The notes beneath the pieces were generated by a model. It had not been told where the DNA came from. It saw only the letters and a list, made by a program, of their open reading frames with translations, and searched no databases. A program made the translations under genes and the position numbers. 64,000 bases of DNA from Brevundimonas sp. (GTDB lineage: Bacteria; Pseudomonadota; Alphaproteobacteria; Caulobacterales; Caulobacteraceae): the NCBI RefSeq assembly GCF_003248965.1, contig NZ_QFQU01000013.1. One strand, written 5' to 3'. Shown one piece after another: positions 31,601-40,465 of the stretch (its first letter is position 1; each line of letters starts with the position of its first letter).

Positions 31601-33089
31601 TTGGTACGACGGCGGCGCGGGCATCGACACCGTCTGGTACGATGAGCAGGCCATCGTCGATCTCGTTTTGTCGTTCACGAACGGCGGCGCTGCGGCCGGC
31701 GACCACTACACTTCGATCGAACGCGTCGTGGGATCGAATTTCGACGACATCATGCGGGGCACCGGCGGTACTGACTATTTCGTTGGCCGAGGCGGCAACG
31801 ACATCTTCCAGGGCCGAGGCGGCGGCGACTGGTTCGACGGCGGCGATGGCGTCGATACGGTCTGGTACGACACGGAAGTAACCGTCGATCTGATGGACTC
31901 CAGCAGCAACACCGGCGCGGCCGCAGGTGATCGCTACCAATCCATCGAACGGATCGTGGGGTCGGAAATTGGCAACGACATTCTCAGAGGCACAGCTGGA
32001 ACGGATTATTTTGTCGGCAGGGCGGGCCACGACATCTTCCTCGGCCGCGGCGGCGGCGACTGGTACGACGGCGGCGAAGGCATAGACACCGTCTGGTATG
32101 ATACGGCGGCAGTCGTGGATCTGGCCGGCTTGACCGAAAACGGCGGCGCGGCGATGGGGGATCACTACCTCTCCATCGAACGGGTAGTGGGATCGAATGA
32201 GGCGGACATCATCCGCGGCACCGACAACGCGGACTATATGGTAGGCCGCGACGGCGACGACATCTTCCTCGGCCGCGGCGGCGGCGACACCTTCGACGGC
32301 GGCGACGGCATCGATACGGTCTGGTACGACGTTGGCGTTGCCGGTGGGACCTTGCTGATCGACCTCATTAACTCGGGTCGCAACACGGGAGAGGCCGCAG
32401 GGGACACCTACACCTCGATAGAACGGGTCGTGTCGTCCAACAGCGCCGATTACGTGCTGGGGACGCAGAATCGCGATTACATTCTGGCGCGCGACGGCGA
32501 CGACACGATCGAAGGCCGCGGCGGCGATGACGTCATCGACGCTGGCGCCGGCGCCGATCGCATCGCAGGCGGGCTGGGCGCGGACATCTTGACGGGCGGG
32601 GAAGGGCGTGACGCCTTCGTCTATTTCGCCGCAGCCGAAGGGGGGGACCTGATAGCCGACTTCCATTCGGGCGAGGATGTGCTCGAGTTCCGTGGCTTCG
32701 GCCTGACGGGTGGCAATTGGTTCGTCAACGGAGTCACGGCGACCGGAAGCGGCCCGCAAATCCTGTGGGATGCCGCAACGGGCCGAGTCATGTGGGATCC
32801 GGACGGCGCGGGAGCCGCAGGAGCCGCGCTCATCGCCACCTTGCAGGCAGGCGCGACGCTGAAATCGTCCGATATCGTGCGCGTCGATTCCACGTCTTCG
32901 GCAAAGGCCGAGGCCTTCGAACATATTCAAACGTTGCCGGGGCCTTCGGACTTCTTCGACACAAGCCCCCAGATCCATCCGCTTCCGGAACAGAAAGTGT
33001 CCGACCTATTTTCCCTCGATAGCGATTTGATCCACATCTCCCAACGCGATCTCTGGTTCTCGGTCGCCGATCACAACTGGATGATATAA
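28605..33089 (+). CDS. serralysin-like M10 zinc metalloprotease with RTX Ca-binding repeats and PPC domain
   Basis: HEIGHALGLKHPG, YSLMSY Met-turn, DDISAIQRLYG, WDAGGTDTLD, IENAIGG, many GGxGxD repeats, PPC-like segment; no Sec signal. Confidence 0.93.
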   Translation: MPNMLNSRAFNTAFSGDAFDNPSGEGFASTGGSSISSVYVCGCCGLLISDGVNDGHQAAITNIESRGGLFPNGKMSLTNTDAGVQITRGNASWVTVGQPLGTAATVSFAFRATAPTSMPTDTAGFTQFTAVQIAATLLALRAWSDVANITFQRVDEGSGYSNNASILFGNYASGQNGAAAFAYGPGNTAASSVSGDVWVNSSLSYNSSPINLGYGQQVLTHEIGHALGLKHPGDYNASEGVTITYQNSASYFEDSRQYSLMSYFSETNTGASFLGSYASAPLLDDISAIQRLYGANMSTRTGDTVYGYNSNTGLAWYAPGALGRMIFAVWDAGGTDTLDFSGFSGSQTIDLRQGHFSSVVGLVGNVSIAVGAVIENAIGGTGDDTIFGNAADNLITGNGGNDQIDGGLGTDTVVFSGQRSDYQISWDGQVGTVSVNGGAVTTVRNVEFLRFADQTVTLEPSGPLTVVGDITDNLINGTTFGDSLGGAGGADILNGFGGNDYLNGGSGNDTLDGGDGDDTLVGGSGDDVMIGGAGWDVADYTETTLGLNADLATGVVRSGFDTDTLSGVEQINGTRANDVIRGDAGANIIRGGGGADRLYGGDGDDQLFAGEGGNGEAPDIYKTRSVANASIGTAISIDDGFDTLRREGIADVVMPHATVLAQTHGGIEYYAVTVGAGGVLLVDIDDASFDSTVRIFDSNGVEIAQNDDTPSSNAEGASQNSYLSIQVQTAGIYYIQVGQFASTLPNGGFTTSGAPVGNRYTMHVSVSTHTVASTAFTGSLLDGGAGNDILNGSTANDTLLGGDGDDRLYGGGGDDILDGGAGLDTAVYIGARSAYTISTVNGVTTVRGPDGEDRLTNVERLQFDDAIVSIDEGVRVSGTAADDALNGTAGNDILSGLDGNDTLNGLGGDDILFGGAGRDHLNGGAGIDTAWYENTGGGVLIVDLLNPSENTGEAAGDTYDSIERVVGSTGDDIIRGTLSTDYFVGREGNDIFLGRGGGDWYDGGAGIDTVWYDEQAIVDLVLSFTNGGAAAGDHYTSIERVVGSNFDDIMRGTGGTDYFVGRGGNDIFQGRGGGDWFDGGDGVDTVWYDTEVTVDLMDSSSNTGAAAGDRYQSIERIVGSEIGNDILRGTAGTDYFVGRAGHDIFLGRGGGDWYDGGEGIDTVWYDTAAVVDLAGLTENGGAAMGDHYLSIERVVGSNEADIIRGTDNADYMVGRDGDDIFLGRGGGDTFDGGDGIDTVWYDVGVAGGTLLIDLINSGRNTGEAAGDTYTSIERVVSSNSADYVLGTQNRDYILARDGDDTIEGRGGDDVIDAGAGADRIAGGLGADILTGGEGRDAFVYFAAAEGGDLIADFHSGEDVLEFRGFGLTGGNWFVNGVTATGSGPQILWDAATGRVMWDPDGAGAAGAALIATLQAGATLKSSDIVRVDSTSSAKAEAFEHIQTLPGPSDFFDTSPQIHPLPEQKVSDLFSLDSDLIHISQRDLWFSVADHNWMI
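31371..32540 (+). repeat. five intragenic ~76-81 aa repeats in the RTX protease
   Basis: GGxGIDTVWYD...VDL...N(T/G)GxAAGD.Y.SIERVVGS...DIIRGT..DYFVGR.G.DIFLGRGGGD x5; DNA-level repeats such as gacatcttcctcggccgcggcggcggcga. Confidence 0.85.
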
Positions 33090-33137
33090 AGCCCGTCTCC
33101 CTTCGCATGTTTCATGTTGCGGAAACGGAGAGGCTGC

Positions 33138-34415
33138 ATGGCTCGGGCTTGCATAGACGGCTGGAATCTTTCACTCGCGAAGGGTTCCGGCATCGCCACA
33201 TATGCGCGAAATTTGGCGACAGCCCTGTCCCAGAATGGTGTGGAAATCGAAATTCTTCACGGCCCCGCCGGCCCGCAGACATCGAATCCGCTGCTGAAGG
33301 AAATCAGCCTTAGTGACGCACGTAAGACCGCGCGCAAGGCGGGCCTGACCCGCGCCGCCTCCACGATCCTGTCTCGTTTCGGACGCACCGCGCGGTCCGT
33401 GGAAGAAAGCGGACTCATCGTCGGCAGGGACGACATGCCACCGGCCCAGAGACATTGGGCGGCCTGTGACATCTTCTCGACCGCGAACCGGGCGCATACG
33501 CTTTATGGAACCTTCACGCCGCTGACCTTTGAGACGTCGTCCGACGGACGACGCGGGCCACATGCCATGCATTGGACCACGCCACTTCCGATCTATGCCC
33601 GTCGCTCCGCGAACATCTACACCGTACATGATATCATCCCTCTGAAGCTTCCCCATTCAACGCTTGATCACAAACAGCGTTATTACGAACTGATGAAATC
33701 GATCGTGCAACGCGCTGACCTCTTGCTTTCCGTTTCTGAAACCACGCGCACTGATCTGATCCAGCTTCTCGGCGCGGATGAAAATCGGGTCATCACGACT
33801 TATCAGGCGATAGCGACGCCTGAACGGCAGAGCTCGGACGACGACGTCGCCAATGATTTGCAAACGCTTCATGGCCTAGGCTTCAAGGATTATTTCCTTT
33901 TCTTCGGCGCCGTAGAGCCCAAAAAGAATGTATCAAGATTGATCCAGGCCTATTTGCAGAGTCGGGTCTCCACGCCGCTGGTGATCGTCGCCGGTCGAGA
34001 TTGGCTGGCACAGGAAGATCTCGCTCTTCTCGCGCATGCGTCTGCGAGCGACAGCGGAGTCAGGCGTTTCGACTATCTTCCAGCGCCGCTTTTGAAGAAT
34101 CTTATCCAGGGCGCCAAGGCGACGCTGTTTCCTTCTCTCTATGAGGGGTTCGGATTGCCCATTCTCGAGTCTATGACGGCCGGAACGGCGGTTATGACAT
34201 CCAACGTATCGGCGACGGCGGAAATCGCGGGCGATGCGGCACTCATCGTCGACCCCCGCAGTCTGGATGATATGCGGACCGCCATTATCGCATTGGACAC
34301 GGACGATGATTTGCGAAAATCGCTGGAGACCGCCGGTCGCTTACGCGCCGGCACCTTCTCGATCGATGCCTATAAACAACGCCTAAAGGGTGCCTATGGC
34401 GCGCTTGGACTCTGA
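33138..34415 (+). CDS. glycosyltransferase family 4 (MtfB/WbdA-like)
   Basis: GSGIATYA, TVHDIIP, VSETT, FGAVEPKKN, FPSLYEGFGLPILES (EX7E). Confidence 0.9.
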   Translation: MARACIDGWNLSLAKGSGIATYARNLATALSQNGVEIEILHGPAGPQTSNPLLKEISLSDARKTARKAGLTRAASTILSRFGRTARSVEESGLIVGRDDMPPAQRHWAACDIFSTANRAHTLYGTFTPLTFETSSDGRRGPHAMHWTTPLPIYARRSANIYTVHDIIPLKLPHSTLDHKQRYYELMKSIVQRADLLLSVSETTRTDLIQLLGADENRVITTYQAIATPERQSSDDDVANDLQTLHGLGFKDYFLFFGAVEPKKNVSRLIQAYLQSRVSTPLVIVAGRDWLAQEDLALLAHASASDSGVRRFDYLPAPLLKNLIQGAKATLFPSLYEGFGLPILESMTAGTAVMTSNVSATAEIAGDAALIVDPRSLDDMRTAIIALDTDDDLRKSLETAGRLRAGTFSIDAYKQRLKGAYGALGL

Positions 34416-35222
34416 ATGACACTCGAAAAACAGCCTGCTTTCCAAGCATCCATCGGTATCCTTGTAACACCAGGCGAAAATAGTGACCAATGGCTGGAGA
34501 AAGCACACGCCTTTCGAGCGCGGCACGCCGAAAGCGCCGTGCATGTGAGCATGTCCGTGGACGAGGCCCTAACGCTCCAGGCCAATGAATGGCTGATCGT
34601 CCTCTCGACTCCATCATCGTTATCGGCCGAGTTCAGCGTTAATCAGGCGCGAGATCTTTCGCGGTTGTTCTCTCATGCGCTGGAGACAGGCGGCAGGTGC
34701 GGATTTGCGGGCTCGTGTTCCGGTGACGAGGCCATGAGCGCCGTCGTGGAGACTTTCACACGAGAGGTCGTCGAACCTGCGCTGGTAGCGGGAACCTGGC
34801 CCCAGGAACTTCTGCTGTTTGGCCGTCAAGGCGGCTCGACTGATATTTCCTTCGCCATGATGCATGTCAATGAGAGTCGCCTGGTCGCCGGCGCTCCGCC
34901 ATTGACGTTCGACATGACGGGCCGTCCTGATGTCCTGATCTGGGGACCTCACATGACTTTGCCGTCGGGAGAGTGGCGCTTGAGTGTGGGATTCGAGATA
35001 GACAAAACCGCCTCGACTCAAATCCTGAGGTTCGAGTGGGGGAGCCTCGAAGCATACGAACGCCATGATATCGCGTTGGACAGAGCGGGGCTCTACGACA
35101 TCATCCTGGATACCCATTGGGAAAGAGAAGCCGTCGCCGAATTCCGGATTTCGGCAGCCCACGCAGTGTTCGCCGGCACGATTCGCATATTGTCGGTGGC
35201 GATCGGACGCACGTCCGGTTAG
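34416..35222 (+). CDS. hypothetical protein with C-terminal beta-sandwich-like domain
   Basis: ATG directly after GT4 stop; C-terminal DMTGRPDVLIWGPHMTLPSGEWRL, beta-rich. Confidence 0.6.
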   Translation: MTLEKQPAFQASIGILVTPGENSDQWLEKAHAFRARHAESAVHVSMSVDEALTLQANEWLIVLSTPSSLSAEFSVNQARDLSRLFSHALETGGRCGFAGSCSGDEAMSAVVETFTREVVEPALVAGTWPQELLLFGRQGGSTDISFAMMHVNESRLVAGAPPLTFDMTGRPDVLIWGPHMTLPSGEWRLSVGFEIDKTASTQILRFEWGSLEAYERHDIALDRAGLYDIILDTHWEREAVAEFRISAAHAVFAGTIRILSVAIGRTSG

Positions 35223-35229
35223 CCGGGCG

Positions 35230-35940
35230 TCAAACCGCCCTCAGCCAAGTATAGACGTCAATCGCCTCTGCCACATCATCGAAGAGCTTTGCTTGCCCGT
35301 TTTCGATGATGAGCGCGCGAGAGCAGACGTTCGCGACCGAGGCCATGTCGTGTGACGCCATGACGAACGCTCGGTCCGCGCGGCGCGTGAAAAGTTCATC
35401 CGCGCATTTGGCTGCGAAACGCGCGTCCCCCACAGCCATCAGTTCGTCAATCAAATAGCAGTCAAAATCGATCGCCAGGGACAAACCGAAGGCGAGTCGA
35501 GCCCGCATGCCTGACGAATAGTGCTTCACAGGCTGCTTGAGCGCCAATCCTAGTTCCGCGAAATTCTCCACGCGATCCAGAACCGTGTCGTAGTCGCCAT
35601 TATAGATGCGCGCGAGGAAGCGGATATTGTCGAGGCCGCTGAGGCTGCCTTGAAATCCTCCGCCGAAGCCGATCGGCCACGACGGCCGAACGCACCAGTC
35701 CACCTTCCCTTCGGACATCGGCAAAACGCCGCCGAGTATCTTGATCAGGGTCGATTTGCCCTGCCCATTGCGCCCCAAGACGGCGAGCCGTTCGCCCCTC
35801 TGAAGATGCAGATTCAAATCCCGAAATATCCATCGTCCGCTTCCGGACCGATTCTCGACGAAAACCTTGCCGAGCGACTGCACATCGAGCGCGACGGATT
35901 GCGAGCGCGCCACAGAGCTTTGGATGCCGATCGCCGTCAT
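35230..35940 (-). CDS. capsular polysaccharide ABC exporter ATP-binding subunit (KpsT-like)
   Basis: GRNGQGKST Walker A, SWPIGFGGGFQGSLSG, YSSGMRARLAFG, YLIDE, VGDARF. Confidence 0.92.
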   Translation of the reverse strand: MTAIGIQSSVARSQSVALDVQSLGKVFVENRSGSGRWIFRDLNLHLQRGERLAVLGRNGQGKSTLIKILGGVLPMSEGKVDWCVRPSWPIGFGGGFQGSLSGLDNIRFLARIYNGDYDTVLDRVENFAELGLALKQPVKHYSSGMRARLAFGLSLAIDFDCYLIDELMAVGDARFAAKCADELFTRRADRAFVMASHDMASVANVCSRALIIENGQAKLFDDVAEAIDVYTWLRAV

Positions 35941-37106
35941 CCTTGACTATGTTCTCTGAGGCCCGCGACGACGAGATAGGCTGTGGCGTATAGGACTAGG
36001 AGGCTCAGGAAAACTGTCAAAATGGCAAGGAGCCGCTTCGGCTGGCTGGCGTCGGTCGGAAGGTTGGGGCGCACGACGCGTTCCAGATACAGACGTTGGC
36101 TGCGCGCATCCGACTCCGAACGATCCAGTAAGGCTCGCGCCGACGCCAGGGCCTTGTCGGCGTACTCGCGGTCCAGCGCAAGGGCTTCATAGGTTTCAAG
36201 CTTGGGCGCCAAGGAATCGGCGGTGCCGGCCATCTTGCTCTGTTCGGCAGCAATCTGCCGTTCGAATGCGGCGATACGACTGTCCAGCGCCGTTAATTGA
36301 GGGCTCTGCGGTGCTTCGGAGGCCAATTGGGATCGCTCGGCGCGCAAATTCGCCACGGTCCCGCGAAGATTGCCAATCAGCTGCAGATTTTCGACAGCCG
36401 CCTTGGACGGGTCCAAAAGCCCCTCCCTGTTTCTGAAAGTCGTCAAACGTACCTGTGCCGCTGTCAACCGCGCCTCGGCGTCAGCGACGTTACGTCGCGC
36501 ATCCGCCACGGCACCCTGATCCGCTCTGGTGTTGAGCTGGTTGACGAGGCGTTCGCCGCCATCCAGCAAAGCATCCGCCAGCGTTTGCGCATCTTGGGGC
36601 CTGAACGCCCTGACCCGTAGTGTGCTGAGGCCGGTAGAGGAGTCGTAACCTACCGTCACAAACCGCCGAAACCCATCGTGCAGGCCATCGGGCGATTCAC
36701 TTTCCCAAGGCCGAGGATAACGCGACAGGGCGTCCACGCCCGGCCGGCCGAGCATGGCTCGTACATCCAGCTTTCCGCGCAGATCGTCCAGTGCATTGCG
36801 TGATCGGATATATTCGTGGACGGCGTAGGCGTCCGTTTGATTGGAGGACAGGCCGACCCCCTGAAGCGCCACGCCCAGGCTGGACGGCTGCTCCTGGGTC
36901 TTGGATCTGACGACGAAACGTGCCTCCGACGTATATTGCGGAGAGGCCACAAGCAGGTAGTAGATCGCCACTAGGATCGTCGGCGCGATTACGACGAGAA
37001 GAAAGGACAGGGGCGTCCTCCCCAGCGTTCTTCGCCAGCGCGGCGTGGTGTCCGACGAAGCAGCGAAGTCGCCGGGGCCGTGATATTTCAGGATTGGCTT
37101 GTTCAT
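35937..37106 (-). CDS. capsule export inner-membrane/co-polymerase protein (KpsE-like)
   Basis: N- and C-terminal TM, YYLLVASPQYTSEARFVV, YIRSR, periplasmic coiled coil, YLERVVRPNLP. Confidence 0.88.
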   Translation of the reverse strand: MNKPILKYHGPGDFAASSDTTPRWRRTLGRTPLSFLLVVIAPTILVAIYYLLVASPQYTSEARFVVRSKTQEQPSSLGVALQGVGLSSNQTDAYAVHEYIRSRNALDDLRGKLDVRAMLGRPGVDALSRYPRPWESESPDGLHDGFRRFVTVGYDSSTGLSTLRVRAFRPQDAQTLADALLDGGERLVNQLNTRADQGAVADARRNVADAEARLTAAQVRLTTFRNREGLLDPSKAAVENLQLIGNLRGTVANLRAERSQLASEAPQSPQLTALDSRIAAFERQIAAEQSKMAGTADSLAPKLETYEALALDREYADKALASARALLDRSESDARSQRLYLERVVRPNLPTDASQPKRLLAILTVFLSLLVLYATAYLVVAGLREHSQG

Positions 37107-37134
37107 TTCGATTTCCAGAAACGGTCGCGCCGCC

Positions 37135-37917
37135 TCATTCCATTTCCAGATAGTGCTTGGCTCGTGCCAACAGCACCAGTCCCGCGAAGTTCAATCCGAC
37201 CGTCCATGCAAGGGCGTATCCGACGTCATAATAGGTCGGCGTGAATTCCCCGAACATGCCGGCGCGCACCATTTCCACTGCATGGGGAATAGGAACCTTC
37301 AACAGAACATCCCGATAATGCTGCGGCAGCCAGGCCATCATCGTAAACACGCCGGATAGCGGGATCATGGCGTACTGCAGAACAGGCGAAACACGCTCGA
37401 ACAACTCGTAACGCAGAGAAAGTCCAGCGAACACGAAACTGATTCCGCACGCCATGAAAGCCAGCAGGAACCAGCCGGAATAGAGCAGAAGCAGGTCGTG
37501 AGGAAGGCTTACCTGTCTGATCGCCAACATCGCCAGATAGACGATGAAGAAGGCCATGGTGTTTCCGGCGATCTCCAATCCGCATCGCGACAGATAAAGG
37601 TGCATGACTCGCACCGGTCGATGGTAGAGGAGCCCACCGTTGGCTTGAAGCGCATTCATGTTCGCGCCGATCAGATGTCTTAACAGAAGAAGACACATGT
37701 AGCCGGTCATGATGAACGGTGCGATCCTGACGCCATGCTCATACGCCGGCTTTATCAACGACCACATGATGATGACGCCGAAGCAAAACAGCAACGGTTC
37801 GCCGATCAACCAAAGCAGGCCTAAGCCTTGCCTGCCATAACGCGTGATCGTCTCGCGCATCATCAGCGCGCCTATAATTCTGACGTGTGACGACCATGAA
37901 TTGTCAGTGGCGATCAC
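37135..37917 (-). CDS. capsular polysaccharide ABC exporter permease (KpsM-like)
   Basis: ALMMRETITRYGR..LGLLWLIGEP, LLYHRPV, PLSGVF, PIPHAVEMVR; 6 TM. Confidence 0.9.
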   Translation of the reverse strand: MIATDNSWSSHVRIIGALMMRETITRYGRQGLGLLWLIGEPLLFCFGVIIMWSLIKPAYEHGVRIAPFIMTGYMCLLLLRHLIGANMNALQANGGLLYHRPVRVMHLYLSRCGLEIAGNTMAFFIVYLAMLAIRQVSLPHDLLLLYSGWFLLAFMACGISFVFAGLSLRYELFERVSPVLQYAMIPLSGVFTMMAWLPQHYRDVLLKVPIPHAVEMVRAGMFGEFTPTYYDVGYALAWTVGLNFAGLVLLARAKHYLEME

Positions 37918-39560
37918 TGTTGATCTCGAAGTTCGTGCAATGCATCAGGGTTTTGGGGCCAATAGCGCAGGGACCGCAGATAATGGCCACGCGCCAAATC
38001 CAGATCGCCCGCCAGCTTCGCCACGTGTCCGAGGTGAAGCTGGGCGTCACTGTTCAAGGGCTCCTGATCCGCAGCCTTGCGGTACATCTGCACCGCCGCG
38101 TCAAGTCTTCCTTGCTCTTTCAAGGTGTGGCCGATCTGGATCATAAGACGAGCGTTCCAAGGTTGTGTCAGCAGCAGACTGCGATAGCGCCGCTCTGCCG
38201 TCTTCCATTGCCTGCTGGAAAACGCCGCCTGCGCGAGCTTCAGCCGCTTTCCAAATAGCCAGCGAGTCAATTTGCCGTCGATTTTCCGGGGGCTCGTATT
38301 CGCGACGGCCTCGGGAACGGCAAAGCCCAGATCGCCCAACCCGTCCTTGGCCGGGCCGAAATCGGGATTCATCTTCAACGCTGCGCTGAAGACCTCGGCG
38401 GCCAACTCTCGATTTCCGCGATTTTTGAGGACGTGCGCGAGATGCAAACAGGTGTCGAGGTCCGCCGGCGCCAAGGCGAGCGACCTGAAATACGCCGCCT
38501 CGGCCGAGGCGAGGTCGCCGTTTTCCTTCAACGCGTGTCCGTACTGCTTCCAGGCGGACGCCTTTCGCGGTCGCGCCGCCACATAGGCCGCATAGGCCTC
38601 GCGCGCGCGAGGCCAATCCCGGCATGCCTTCGCGGCGCGCGCGTCGGCCAGAAGCTGTCGATGGTCCACGCCGACGAGAGGCGGTTCGTCGGACGACGCT
38701 TCGACGCGTGCTGGCTCGGATGAATTTTCAGAGGTGTGCGAAACTGACGCCGCCGCGACGGGACGGACGTCGGCCGCCCACCCACGCACCATCCGTCTAT
38801 GTCGGCTCGCCGCCGATTGGAGTTCGATTTCCAAGGCATCCCGCTCTGCGCCCAAGGCCTGGATTCGCGCGAGATCGTCCAGACGCCGGCGTTGCAGCGC
38901 TTCCGTTCGTCCCTGTTCTCTCTGCAAGGCGTCCCGCACTCGGTGCAAGTCGATCAGTTCGCCGGCCAGAGCTTCAAAGCGAAGGTTTTCTTCGACTCTC
39001 CGAGCGTCCGCGGCCGCGGCGGCCCGCGCCAGGCTTTCCAGAACGTCGGTCGTGGCCGAACCAACCTGCTCTTGCCGCTTCTCCAGCGCCGCGATTTCCC
39101 GTCCCAACTCCTGCATGTCCCGCGAGCCTTGGGACATCAAGCGCATAAGAGCGTCCCGATGACTGTCGACACCGCTGACCAGGGCCGCGCTGATCGCGCC
39201 GAGACGGTCGATCATCGCCTTCTGACGTTTGACGGCTTCGGTCGATCCCGTCTCCAGGGCCTTCAGGCGCTCGTCCTGACGCGTCAGAATTTCACGATGG
39301 TCGTCGACGCCGCCGGCAAGCGCCGAGCCGAGCGTATCTAGCCGGTCGAGTATCGCTTTCTGACGTTCGCCGATGTCGGTCGCAATGGTCTCCAAGGCGT
39401 TCAATCGACCATCCAGCACGCCTAGCTTGTCATTCAGGTTGCCGATAGCGACCGAAGACGCGGCTTGCGACCTAGGAACGGAACGCTTCGCGTCAACGGG
39501 ACTCGCGCCTGCGGCTGAGTGTGTATCGGCCATATAATCCTGCCCAACTGGACGATTCAA
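37914..39560 (-). CDS. coiled-coil + tetratricopeptide repeat protein
   Basis: Long heptad-rich N-half; two TPR clusters (WKQYGHALKE..., IQIGHTLKE...); TTGA/GTGA overlaps with neighbours. Confidence 0.75.
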   Translation of the reverse strand: MNRPVGQDYMADTHSAAGASPVDAKRSVPRSQAASSVAIGNLNDKLGVLDGRLNALETIATDIGERQKAILDRLDTLGSALAGGVDDHREILTRQDERLKALETGSTEAVKRQKAMIDRLGAISAALVSGVDSHRDALMRLMSQGSRDMQELGREIAALEKRQEQVGSATTDVLESLARAAAAADARRVEENLRFEALAGELIDLHRVRDALQREQGRTEALQRRRLDDLARIQALGAERDALEIELQSAASRHRRMVRGWAADVRPVAAASVSHTSENSSEPARVEASSDEPPLVGVDHRQLLADARAAKACRDWPRAREAYAAYVAARPRKASAWKQYGHALKENGDLASAEAAYFRSLALAPADLDTCLHLAHVLKNRGNRELAAEVFSAALKMNPDFGPAKDGLGDLGFAVPEAVANTSPRKIDGKLTRWLFGKRLKLAQAAFSSRQWKTAERRYRSLLLTQPWNARLMIQIGHTLKEQGRLDAAVQMYRKAADQEPLNSDAQLHLGHVAKLAGDLDLARGHYLRSLRYWPQNPDALHELRDQQ

Positions 39561-40465
39561 TTACGCGCCCCCTCCCGCCTTGAAAAGCGTCGCCTTAACC
39601 CAGCGCCGGGCCGTTCGAGAAGGATGTTCGCGGTCTCCATCTGCATCAGGCGTTCGACGCCGCAAGGCGACAGCGCGCCAGTTTGTTCGTCGATCAACGA
39701 GAAGTCGGACAGTCCCAGGGCGGCGAAATCATCGAACCATTGCGTCGGCGTCACGCCGGTCCTCGCCAGATGGGAAGACGCGAATTCGGCGATCACCAGA
39801 ATATCCGGAGAATCCTTGCAAAGCCGCACCATCCCCTTGGCGACCTCGTTCTCCCAACCCTCGGCGTCGATCTTGACCAAGGACACGGCCTGGCCGGGAG
39901 GGACGATGTCATCCAGAGGCGCGACATCGACTTCGAGCGAACCCAATGACGACCCTTCCAGAACGGCCAGACTTCCAAGCATGCTGTTGAAGCCGAAGAA
40001 ATAGGTCGCACGCCCGGCTTTCGCCCCCCCCGCGGCGACATGAAGATCGAAACGATCGCCGAAACCATTCGACAACAGCGTGCGCCGGGCGGCCTCCGCC
40101 GATCGCGGGTTCGGCTCGACGAGGATCACCCGACCCTCCCGGCCCACATGCCTTGCCAGTTCGACGCTGATGAGGCCGATATGAGCTCCGACATCGACGA
40201 CTACGTCGCCCGCTTTCACGGCGCGCTTCAGCAAGGCCTGAACGCCCGGTTCATGGCCGCTAACGCCGTCCGCCAAATGCAGAACGGTGCGGAATTCTTC
40301 CGCCCCCGCCACGATCCATCCGTCCTTAGACCGTATCCCCACGAAATCATCGTCCAGCGAAACGATCTGGCGCTGGAGACCTGCTTCGATCATCTCCTGC
40401 AGTTTGGCGATTCGGGCTTCAATCAACGAGAGCCGTTCCTCCAGATGGGCGGCCTCCCCGCTCAC
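39557..40465 (-). CDS. FkbM family methyltransferase
   Basis: HEPG, VDVGAHIG, VEPNP, PLDD, VKIDAEGWE; short N-terminal coiled coil. Confidence 0.88.
   Translation of the reverse strand: MSGEAAHLEERLSLIEARIAKLQEMIEAGLQRQIVSLDDDFVGIRSKDGWIVAGAEEFRTVLHLADGVSGHEPGVQALLKRAVKAGDVVVDVGAHIGLISVELARHVGREGRVILVEPNPRSAEAARRTLLSNGFGDRFDLHVAAGGAKAGRATYFFGFNSMLGSLAVLEGSSLGSLEVDVAPLDDIVPPGQAVSLVKIDAEGWENEVAKGMVRLCKDSPDILVIAEFASSHLARTGVTPTQWFDDFAALGLSDFSLIDEQTGALSPCGVERLMQMETANILLERPGAGLRRRFSRREGARN

Noticed and set aside
31371..32540. Spaced DNA repeats resembling CRISPR or DGR template/variable repeats
   Set aside because: They are in-frame coding repeats of the RTX protein; there is no reverse transcriptase and no adenine-specific variation is apparent.
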